A stretch of 64,000 nt of DNA, taken from positions 1-64,000 of IMG/VR virus record IMGVR_UViG_3300037067_010289; one strand, written 5' to 3'. The stretch is from a virus. Lineage: Duplodnaviria > Caudoviricetes. Numbering within the stretch: position 1 is the first letter of the stretch; every line of letters begins with the position of its first letter. Made by a program: the position numbers and the translations under genes. This document shows, piece after piece, positions 56,004 to 64,000 of this stretch. The notes beneath the pieces were generated by a model. It saw nothing but the letters and a program-made list of their open reading frames with translations. It did no database searches and had not been told where the DNA came from.

Positions 56004-56408
56004 TTACTTCCTTACCTTGTAGTACGTCGTCGATCCAATCACCGCAGCAGGAACCCACAGGTCTTGCGTGTCCTGACTACCCGTGGGACGGAAATACAGC
56101 GAGCCATCCGTGAGGCTGTCAGGCTGCGTTCCATCAAAGATTCCGTCGATGTACTGTATGAGTTTTATGAAGTTTGGTTCGCGCACATCGGGAAGATCGC
56201 TTTCTCCTTCAATGGTCGGAGAGTCCCAAGTGTGCCGTAGAAGAGAACCAATATTCTGCATCCAATCCCCATTAAACCATCCCTCATTAACCCGATTGCG
56301 TAGTACCAATAACACAGCCAGCATACCGTTAACACCGTTGTGATGCTCGTGTTTCCAAGCCGCTACGAGGGCTAGACTTTTTGTAATTTCTTCACCGGTC
56401 ATTACCAA
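56004..56408 (-). CDS. cell wall hydrolase-like protein (SleB/Hydrolase_2-like, degenerate)
   Basis: GMLAVLLVLRNRV...DSLTDGSLYF...IGSTTYYK. Confidence 0.55.
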   Translation of the reverse strand: MVMTGEEITKSLALVAAWKHEHHNGVNGMLAVLLVLRNRVNEGWFNGDWMQNIGSLLRHTWDSPTIEGESDLPDVREPNFIKLIQYIDGIFDGTQPDSLTDGSLYFRPTGSQDTQDLWVPAAVIGSTTYYKVRK

Positions 56409-56818
56409 CTCCTGTGGATTTCGCTAATAGTCTCATTGCCGTCGTAGTCATCAATTTCCCATTGCACTCCATCTGGAATCTCTATAACACGTAATTTAGC
56501 GACGGTACCTGATGCCTTATCTCCAAGTTTTTCGACTACTTTCACCAGGATTGGATCATCACGAGCAATATCCCGATCACTAAAATACTTTTGACTGTCA
56601 AGTTTTCCTTTTTTAAGAGGGGCTGTGCAGTAGTGGACAACAAACGGTTTGTTCCCTGTTCCGTTATAGGGAATTTTCTTGTTAAAATCCAGTTTACCTT
56701 GCGTGTCTCTGAAGTCTGTAAAAGCGTAAAGCTTCATCTTTTTCAGCTTAGCGTAAAGCATTACAGCTTCATAACTCAACCCGAATCCGCCAAAGCACTT
56801 GTTTACGACGATTTTCAT
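56402..56818 (-). CDS. conserved phage hypothetical protein
   Basis: KIVVNKCFGGFGLS...RDDPILV...IDDYDG. Confidence 0.6.
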   Translation of the reverse strand: MKIVVNKCFGGFGLSYEAVMLYAKLKKMKLYAFTDFRDTQGKLDFNKKIPYNGTGNKPFVVHYCTAPLKKGKLDSQKYFSDRDIARDDPILVKVVEKLGDKASGTVAKLRVIEIPDGVQWEIDDYDGNETISEIHRSW

Positions 56819-57249
56819 TTCGCCCCTCCAAACTGTGGCTTCCGATTTCCGTGTGCCGAGCCATCGCGTAGAATGTGACACGCCGCGCAAATAGCTGCCG
56901 AATTAGTAGTGCTTATTTCGCCTCGGTTCCCTCTAGGGACTATCTCGTGCATATGGAAGTCCCAACCAATTACAGCGCCGCAATCTCGACATCTGCCTCC
57001 AGACTTTTCATAGACCTGACGACGAATCGCGTCAACCGCGTCCTTTCTAGCCATGACGCTGATTGTTCCGTCGAAAGCCATCGCCGCGCCACGACTGCGG
57101 AAGATACGGATTGGCTTGATACCATCGAGTTCGACGTAAGCGATGTGGGCTCCTATTATCTTTGCCCAACCACTTCCGCTTCGTGCCCTGCCAAAAACTC
57201 TTGAACCAGCTTTAAGATGATAACTTTCTTTTGTACGGATTCCGGCCAA
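56815..57249 (-). CDS. HNH endonuclease
   Basis: CRDCG...HMHE...NSAAICAACH; start uncertain. Confidence 0.65.
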   Translation of the reverse strand: MAGIRTKESYHLKAGSRVFGRARSGSGWAKIIGAHIAYVELDGIKPIRIFRSRGAAMAFDGTISVMARKDAVDAIRRQVYEKSGGRCRDCGAVIGWDFHMHEIVPRGNRGEISTTNSAAICAACHILRDGSAHGNRKPQFGGAK

Positions 57250-57842
57250 TTTGGCTGTACCGGAGGATCACTTCGACGAGCGATCTCGAAGCCGCGTTGA
57301 ACCTCTGTCCATTCATCGTCAGTGGCGTAGAACCCTCCGAGGTCGTGATATTTTTCTTTGTCCGCAGCAACCGGCTCCTTACCGGCCAAAACCTCTCCCC
57401 GCAGTTCTTCGATAGTGACATGCGGGTCGGTGGCCGTGGCGATCAGCCTGGGAGTTAACTTACCGGTTTGCTTTACTCGCTGCGCCAGCACGCTCGCTTT
57501 GGTGATGCCCATCAGTTCAATATCATTTTCGGATACTTGGGGCAGCAGGCGCTCGGCGACAGAGATCGTTTGATACAGTTGAGTTCTGCCTTTATCAACT
57601 CGGTTCTGGATTGATTTCAAATACCCGCCAAATGAACTGTGTGGTTCCCCTTCTTCCGATACCCACAGGAGCCAGAACTTCTTGCTGCGTACCTCAAGCA
57701 GATAGGTGCCCAAGCGGGCGATTCCTTGAATATATTCCTTGTGCCCATCTTCAATCAGCGACAGCGTTTTGTCGATGTGCTTCTGAAGTTCACGAGCCCT
57801 TATTTTATCGTCGTCTGTAAAACGCTCTATTTCTACGGTCAT
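57156..57842 (-). CDS. hypothetical protein
   Basis: LGTYLLEVR...SFGGYL. Confidence 0.5.
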   Translation of the reverse strand: MTVEIERFTDDDKIRARELQKHIDKTLSLIEDGHKEYIQGIARLGTYLLEVRSKKFWLLWVSEEGEPHSSFGGYLKSIQNRVDKGRTQLYQTISVAERLLPQVSENDIELMGITKASVLAQRVKQTGKLTPRLIATATDPHVTIEELRGEVLAGKEPVAADKEKYHDLGGFYATDDEWTEVQRGFEIARRSDPPVQPNWPESVQKKVIILKLVQEFLAGHEAEVVGQR

Positions 57843-58948
57843 TTTACCACCGGAGCCATGATTAATTTTGTGGTGCCTGCCTCAAACATTACAGGCTTGC
57901 TAGGTGACTCCACACCTATTATAACATGGCCTTTCATCAATTTGAAAAAGCTGGTCAAATATTTATACTTGAGCTTCAAAGTTACCTGCTGATCCGGTTC
58001 GGACAAAAAGTCGTCTAGAGCATCTGTGCTGTCCGAAATAAGCGGCACAGCATCTTCGGCGTCGTTGGCTAGTGTCGACAACCTGCATTGTCCGGAACCG
58101 AACACAACCGTAATCGTGGCATTCTTTTCATCGATCATGGGGGCTAAACGCGCCAGGGCGTCGTGCATTTTCTCCGCTTCAACGACATAGGTACTGGTGG
58201 GTTTCACGCCCTTGACGTAAGCCGAGCAGTTCGGAAATTTGGCGCTGGTTTTGCTGTCCACAATAGCCACCCCGTCGCTTACAAATAAATTTGTGGTCGG
58301 CGTGCATGAGACACTTATAATCTCGCCGGGAAGATTTAGGATTGCGTCGACCGCTCGCTGCGATATAAGAATATCAAGGGGCCTGGACCTTGCTGGCGTC
58401 TCGGCGACGATAAGCCGGACCCCATCGGTAGCTACGGCGCGAAGAAGTTCGCCGGTTGCTTCTAGCTTTACGACTGTATAGAACACCCCGCCGATAAAAA
58501 CTGTTTTTGCTTGATTCAGAACACTTGATAGCGCCGATGCTTCAAAATTCGCTGTACTTTCTCGACCATCGACTTCTACAGGGGCCGACGCTCTGTCACT
58601 GTAGGGAAGACTATACCGAGTTAATCCTGAGCGAAGGGTTATCCCACCAGCCCCAAACTCAAACTCCGCATCACCGTGCAGCACACCAGCCACACTAGCA
58701 AACTTTGTGGCGCTGAACGATACAGTTGGTTCGTCCAGCTTCATATCTACGATATCAGGACGATAAACAGTGATGCCTAGCCCCATATCTGACAGGTTGA
58801 AGCGTCCGGCTTGAGGCTCAAAGGTAAGAGCATCGCCGCTAAGTGTACTGTAACCGATAACCGGTGAGAAAGCGCGGGCGATTTTTTTCAGTTCCGAAGA
58901 TTCTAGGGTAAGCTTCACCTTGTTTTCGACCCCTTTATCAGCTTCCAA
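57839..58948 (-). CDS. DNA polymerase beta sliding clamp-like protein
   Basis: 369 aa; AVATDGVRL, FPN and LIMAP motifs of DnaN. Confidence 0.75.
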   Translation of the reverse strand: MEADKGVENKVKLTLESSELKKIARAFSPVIGYSTLSGDALTFEPQAGRFNLSDMGLGITVYRPDIVDMKLDEPTVSFSATKFASVAGVLHGDAEFEFGAGGITLRSGLTRYSLPYSDRASAPVEVDGRESTANFEASALSSVLNQAKTVFIGGVFYTVVKLEATGELLRAVATDGVRLIVAETPARSRPLDILISQRAVDAILNLPGEIISVSCTPTTNLFVSDGVAIVDSKTSAKFPNCSAYVKGVKPTSTYVVEAEKMHDALARLAPMIDEKNATITVVFGSGQCRLSTLANDAEDAVPLISDSTDALDDFLSEPDQQVTLKLKYKYLTSFFKLMKGHVIIGVESPSKPVMFEAGTTKLIMAPVVK

Positions 58949-59071
58949 CTTCCGTCGGCTTGAACTTCGTATTTCCGGTCAGAGGCCACATAGATTGTCC
59001 CCGGCAGGGGCATATTCGCTGCCTTCTTAATTCGCCGGTATTCTTTGTAAAGCTTGGCGTCTTTGCTCATG

Positions 59072-59878
59072 TCACCTACTCAGGTTGTAGACAGGTGCTA
59101 CCCCATTTTGAAGAAACGTACAGGTAGCTTTTCCTTTTTCTCCACAAACATCGTTCTGCATTTCAATAGTCTTAAGCTGAATAAATTGCTCTGGGGAAAG
59201 GTGCATAGATTCCCTATAAGCGTTATCTGCATTGGCCCTACTTTGTTCAGCGAGCAGTCTCTGATCCTCGGCAAGTTTTCTTTGCTTTTCAGTGTTAACA
59301 CGCTGCTCTTGCGTGGCCGTTTCTATCCGTTGATGCTTAATTGCATCTGGAGGATTGGCACGGCCTACAGTCATCGTAACAAGTCGAACAGGAAGACGCT
59401 TGGCTTCCAAGAAGCTAATCAAAGTATCTCTTATCTCGGCGTCTATCGCGTCGAGAGCAGTTGTACTGATCGCTGTTTCGTTCATTCCACGCTTTCTTAC
59501 AGCTTGTCGAACCATCGATTTAAATTGTTCCTCTAGGTTATTTTTATACCAGTCAGGTCCAAAAGTTTTAATAAGCGTTGTAGAGTTCGTGACTTGGAGC
59601 ACCATAATGGCGTGAAAAGTGATAGGAACCCCGTCGCTGGTCATCATATCCGGAAGTTCCATGTCGTATTTCTTAGGCTGCATGTAAACATCCACGCCAT
59701 CGGTGGTGAGCGCTGTGAAAGTTAAACCAGTTTTTACTGGCTCGTCAATTACGCCCCCATGTCCAAAAATAAAAGGTTTGGCAACGAGCACAATTTCGTG
59801 CCCCGCGTCCGGAGCTACCCACCCGCAACCAGTGAACAAAGCAGCAAACAAAAAAAGTACCGGAAAAAACTTTTTCAT
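59072..59878 (-). CDS. SPFH/Band 7 lipoprotein
   Basis: FTGC lipobox; TSDGVPI; C-terminal coiled coil. Confidence 0.8.
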   Translation of the reverse strand: MKKFFPVLFLFAALFTGCGWVAPDAGHEIVLVAKPFIFGHGGVIDEPVKTGLTFTALTTDGVDVYMQPKKYDMELPDMMTSDGVPITFHAIMVLQVTNSTTLIKTFGPDWYKNNLEEQFKSMVRQAVRKRGMNETAISTTALDAIDAEIRDTLISFLEAKRLPVRLVTMTVGRANPPDAIKHQRIETATQEQRVNTEKQRKLAEDQRLLAEQSRANADNAYRESMHLSPEQFIQLKTIEMQNDVCGEKGKATCTFLQNGVAPVYNLSR

Positions 59879-60027
59879 TTTAATCTCCTCTTAAGCGGGA
59901 AGGGGCATCGTAGGTGGATTCTTAATCCAACATCGACTGCCCCTGCTAGTACAGCCCCCGCATTTAGCGTCCCATCGGGAATCGCTATACCCATTATACC
60001 ACAGAAAATCCACGATACGAACGAATT

Positions 60028-61896
60028 TTACAAAATTCCTGCCGGTGTTTCGGCATAAGATATTTCCCTGAAAGTGGCGGTTTCGCCTTCGTACATGAGC
60101 TTGGCTAGGGTAGCCCCAGGCCCCTTGGCCCTAGCACCGAGAAGATTGACTTCGGTGATCGGGTCGTAGTCATCGCGGGGTGGGTTATCTGGGTCTTTAG
60201 CTTGAAGCCAATTGCGGTGCAGGGCGAAAATAGCGTCCGCGTCCGAGGTGAACGCTTCCGAGCCCTTCATATCCGTAATGTGAATATTCTTGCCACGGCT
60301 ATCTTGCTTGGCTTTGCGTGGCTGCATGACAACGATAAATTTCACGCCATACTGCTGTGCCATGCGCTTGATGCGCTGTGAGGCGTTGGCCTGAACTTTA
60401 ATTTCGTCCTGCTCGTTTCGGCACAGGAAGTGAACGTGGTCCAGCACAACGACCGTGGCCCCAAAGCGCTTGATAGCTTTTTCGATGAGGTCAAGAACAG
60501 GCATTATTTGGGACAAGGTTTCGTCACGTCCAAAATAATAACTCACGCCTTGCATAAGCTGCTTCGCTTTCTGGTAGCCTTCTGCGGTCAAATAATTCCT
60601 GTCTTGTTTAGTCAGGTAGGACGCCACGATGTTGGCAAATTCTTCGCCCGATAACTCGCACTGATAGTTTACTACGACTTCATGATCTTTACGTGCTGCT
60701 TCTATGGTGGCGTTGATAACCCACACACTCTTGCCCTGCTTGGTGTTGGTGCTACTCACAGCTATGACGCTTCCGGGTAAAAGCACCGCCATCTCGTCGA
60801 CTGACTTCCAAGGGAATCTGAAACGATTGGGATGATTCGCCAAATCAGTGCGCGTAGAGGTGCCAAGGAGTTGAGATAAGTCATAAAAATTTGGTATTGG
60901 CTGCGATTTCGCTGCTTGTGTCAGCTCGTCCACCAGTGTCCGGAACCGTACAGCGTCCTTCTCACAATGTTCTAAAAACGTTTGGTTGGCGTCCTTCATT
61001 CCAGCAGGCCACTTGAGCATAAAAGTCCGTTCGCCCAACTCGGCCCAAAGCTTCCGCATAGCTTCGTCGCCAACCGAGTCAGTGTCTCCAGCGAGGATAA
61101 TTGACTCTGCCTGCTTCAACTCGTCGCGCATTTCTGGGGTCAGAGTTTTGATCGCCGAAGGCAGCGAGACAGCGTGGTAGCCAGCCTGTTCCAAAACGAG
61201 GGCATCCAGCTCCCCCTCTGTCACAAAAATAGGCTCCAAAAAATCGATTGACTCGGTATTAAACAGCGAAGTAGTCATTCCAGGCTGGCGAGAAAATTCT
61301 TTGGCAAGGATGGAACGGTATTTGATGGAAACAACTTGGTCTCCCTTGACACAAGGGAACACCAACCATCCTCCATTTTTACAAACTTCTGAACCACTAC
61401 TGATCCCTTGTTTAAATCCAAGATGACATTTTTTGGCAGTTTCAAAACTGATCCCTCGACTTTCCAAAAATTCTTTGGCCTCTTTTGATCGATCTAGCGC
61501 CAGTTCAAGCTTTGCATACTGATCCAGGCTGTACGACTTTTTGTCCGTTTCTTCATTAACGCTGTGGAAAACCTTGTCCACGTCGGACTTAACTTGACTC
61601 CACGATCCGTCGATGAACGATTTAATTCTCTTGATCGCTGACTTAACATCCGTGTTTTCAATCTTTTTGACGAAATCAATGATCGTGCCGCCTTCGTGAC
61701 AGGCTCCGTGGCAGAACCAAAGCCAGCAACCGTCTTTTAGTTTCAGCTTTAAACTAGGCGTGTCGTCGGCATGAAAAGGACATTTTGTTGCAAAGCCGCC
61801 ATTCTCCTTCCGCAAGGGCACGTAGTTCTGATACAAGCGAATTACGTCCTGGTGGCTCTTTAGCGCGTCGAGATCGTTGGTGTGCCTGTCAGCCAT
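60028..61896 (-). CDS. primase-helicase (CHC2 zinc finger + TOPRIM + DnaB-like helicase)
   Basis: CPFHADDTPS...CHGAC; TEGELDAL, DTD; QGKS, LDHVH, QPRK. Confidence 0.9.
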   Translation of the reverse strand: MADRHTNDLDALKSHQDVIRLYQNYVPLRKENGGFATKCPFHADDTPSLKLKLKDGCWLWFCHGACHEGGTIIDFVKKIENTDVKSAIKRIKSFIDGSWSQVKSDVDKVFHSVNEETDKKSYSLDQYAKLELALDRSKEAKEFLESRGISFETAKKCHLGFKQGISSGSEVCKNGGWLVFPCVKGDQVVSIKYRSILAKEFSRQPGMTTSLFNTESIDFLEPIFVTEGELDALVLEQAGYHAVSLPSAIKTLTPEMRDELKQAESIILAGDTDSVGDEAMRKLWAELGERTFMLKWPAGMKDANQTFLEHCEKDAVRFRTLVDELTQAAKSQPIPNFYDLSQLLGTSTRTDLANHPNRFRFPWKSVDEMAVLLPGSVIAVSSTNTKQGKSVWVINATIEAARKDHEVVVNYQCELSGEEFANIVASYLTKQDRNYLTAEGYQKAKQLMQGVSYYFGRDETLSQIMPVLDLIEKAIKRFGATVVVLDHVHFLCRNEQDEIKVQANASQRIKRMAQQYGVKFIVVMQPRKAKQDSRGKNIHITDMKGSEAFTSDADAIFALHRNWLQAKDPDNPPRDDYDPITEVNLLGARAKGPGATLAKLMYEGETATFREISYAETPAGIL

Positions 61897-61948
61897 TAGT
61901 CTCCTATCAAACGTTGCAGCACGGCCCGCCGCTCAACAGGGCGGTGTA

Positions 61949-62968
61949 TTACAGTTCTTCCTCGAACTGTTCCTCAACACGATTTGCGAGTTCCTGGTCA
62001 ACTTCCGCCTGCTGGCGAGTCCGTTCTTTTTCGTTGAAGTCGGCGATAGCTTTGTCGCGTTCCCGATTCCGGACGATTCCTCGGCAGTACGTGTCAGCCT
62101 GTTCAAGAAAATTGCGAACAGCGAACTTCCGACTGTAATCGTCGGTCACTTTGTCCGAATAAAATTGGCGCACTGCCAGTCGAACAACTGGCTCTGTAAA
62201 TTCTTCAACTAGTTTTTTCACAACTGCTTTTTGCGTTGGATTAAAAATCATTTCGTTTTGTGTGAGACCCGCCACCCAATCGCACAACGAAGTGAGCACA
62301 GGGTCTGGCTTGAGAACTACTTCGCAGCGCAAAATTTCAGGTGCGTACTTGATGAAAACGCTGATCGGATAATTGGGCGGATAGACAGCGACAGACTCAG
62401 CCCAGCTACGAAAGGCGTCGATTACGGATTCCTTGCCGTAAGCATTAGCGAGCATTTTAAGAGATTCTTTTGTATCGTCGAATAGCCTGTCGTGGATGCC
62501 CAAAAGTTTTATACACTCTGCTTGAATTGTTTTTGCAAGGGGTGGCATTTCACTCTCCTCTTCCTCCGGAGTCCGGAGTCTCTCTACTCTACTCTCCTCT
62601 ACTCTACTCTCCTCTACTCTAGGAAGGACTTCTTCCGGAGCCGTTCCGGAATTTTCGTACCCAACTTGTTGATTTGTTGGGATTAAGAAACCCTTCTTAA
62701 TCAGGTCTCGGATAGCTCTAGCAAAGTTCTGGGCCTCTTCTAGTCGGGTTCCAGTAAGGTTCCAGAGCAGGGTCTGGTCATTGTCTAGGTTGTGTCCAAG
62801 GTGGGTTCTGAGCATTATCAGGCTCATCCACACGCCTCTTCGGAAATTACCCCAAGACCTAAACTCTCGGTCAAAGAGAAGGGCGGGGTAAAGTTTACAC
62901 CAAGGAGCTGACCGCTTGTGCTGGAGGCACTGAAATTTGTTCCAATTTTTTATTGCTAGATACTTCAA
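61949..62968 (-). CDS. putative replication initiator
   Basis: IKNWNKFQ...WCKLY N-terminus; VEESR repeat linker; upstream of primase-helicase. Confidence 0.55.
   Translation of the reverse strand: MKYLAIKNWNKFQCLQHKRSAPWCKLYPALLFDREFRSWGNFRRGVWMSLIMLRTHLGHNLDNDQTLLWNLTGTRLEEAQNFARAIRDLIKKGFLIPTNQQVGYENSGTAPEEVLPRVEESRVEESRVERLRTPEEEESEMPPLAKTIQAECIKLLGIHDRLFDDTKESLKMLANAYGKESVIDAFRSWAESVAVYPPNYPISVFIKYAPEILRCEVVLKPDPVLTSLCDWVAGLTQNEMIFNPTQKAVVKKLVEEFTEPVVRLAVRQFYSDKVTDDYSRKFAVRNFLEQADTYCRGIVRNRERDKAIADFNEKERTRQQAEVDQELANRVEEQFEEEL
62582..62620. repeat. 15-bp tandem repeat (~2.6 copies) in the initiator linker
   Basis: CTCTACTCTACTCTC repeated; encodes RVEESRVEESRVE. Confidence 0.7.
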
Positions 62969-64000
62969 CTAGTCCTCCACAAGTTCTTCCAACCAGTCTT
63001 TCTCGTTGGCCTTGTCCGGTTCCGGACGAAGCTGAACCAGAGTCTCTTCGATTTGCTTTTTGTTGTCAAGGCAAATTGGTAGCATGTCACACATAGCACA
63101 TTTGGTGTCGGGAAATCTTACGCCTGGTTGTTTGGGCCAGTAGTTTTTTTCGTTGTGGCTGTAAATCTCTGCGACTTGACGGCCAACTTCTTCCCCTGTT
63201 TCTCGACGATCTTCTTCACTGATCGTGGATTGGAGAAATTGCAGGCGCTGTTTGGTAATCCACGAGTAGTCTAGGCTGACAGCTTCAAATTTTTCTTGTA
63301 CTGAGTTCTTTATAGCATCCAGAGCCTTGCCTTTGACACCTTTGGTTGCTGCGTCAAATTCGGTGTAGTTGTCGGGCGTAAGTGCCCATACCAAATTTTT
63401 TTCTGTATCATTAATTGCAACAACTAGCTCGTCGCCACTTCCCCCATCGTGAATTAGAGTTACCGCGTCTCCTTTTTTATACGGCGACAGAGTAACTTTT
63501 ACAAACGTCATAAATGCGACGTTAGGTACCCCGCTAAGCCACGAGTACATACGCAACTGAGGGTCCAGTGCCATAATTCCCGGTGTAGTGTCGAAGGAAG
63601 CTCCGGTGGTCTTGATGTCGATGAGCAGGGCTGGCTCTGGAACTAGCATGTCTACGTAGGCTGTAACTTCAAGTCCGTCGAGGTACGTTCCTGGATACAG
63701 GGGCTTGCGGTAGTTGAGCTGGAATTTCGGGTTTCGGATCGGTAAGTTCGGCAGCTTTACTTCGTAGAGCTTAGCCATCTCCGTGCCCATCTGTAGCATC
63801 GCTTCCCACGAGCCTTCTTTGTCTGTGTAGACTAGATTGGGGATTTCCCTGACCTTCGTCCAAAGTCGGATAAATTCCTCGGCGGTTGCACCAGGGCGAA
63901 GTTCGTTTGAGTGAAAATATTGGATGGCTGATTCCAGGGCGGTACCAAAGCGCATCGAGGCTTTATCTTCTTTCGTTCGCCAGCCCTTGATACGTTTTAA
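62969..64000 (-). CDS. PD-(D/E)xK exonuclease (RecB/Cas4-like), 5' end beyond the window
   Basis: FGTALE, VDML...IDIKT, QLRMY, CAMCDMLPIC. Confidence 0.75.
   Translation of the reverse strand, partial: LKRIKGWRTKEDKASMRFGTALESAIQYFHSNELRPGATAEEFIRLWTKVREIPNLVYTDKEGSWEAMLQMGTEMAKLYEVKLPNLPIRNPKFQLNYRKPLYPGTYLDGLEVTAYVDMLVPEPALLIDIKTTGASFDTTPGIMALDPQLRMYSWLSGVPNVAFMTFVKVTLSPYKKGDAVTLIHDGGSGDELVVAINDTEKNLVWALTPDNYTEFDAATKGVKGKALDAIKNSVQEKFEAVSLDYSWITKQRLQFLQSTISEEDRRETGEEVGRQVAEIYSHNEKNYWPKQPGVRFPDTKCAMCDMLPICLDNKKQIEETLVQLRPEPDKANEKDWLEELVED

Overview
This 64 kb window is part of a large tailed dsDNA phage genome, probably podovirus-like with an N4-gp56-type capsid. The + strand (1-48.6 kb) carries holin-like genes, 7 tRNAs, an Ig-repeat protein, terminase and portal (each with an intein), scaffold, major capsid, tail, a Gly-Tyr-Thr collagen with an adjacent glycosyltransferase, and ejection proteins. 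The - strand (48.6-64 kb) carries secreted Ig/FN3 proteins, nucleotide-metabolism genes, RecA, a sliding clamp, a primase-helicase, a replication initiator and an exonuclease. The main finding is the major capsid gene (15795-18011). It reads as one 328-aa ORF only if six introns are removed from seven exons. Three are complete group I introns (715, 195 and 199 nt). Each is preceded by a 16-31 nt micro-exon and a 38-44 nt mini-intron that has a P1 helix with a U.G pair, a P10 strand, a terminal G and an antisense segment to the micro-exon, but no catalytic core. This suggests that one ribozyme core splices two introns, its own and a core-less satellite. All calls were made by eye; no database searches or folding programs were run.
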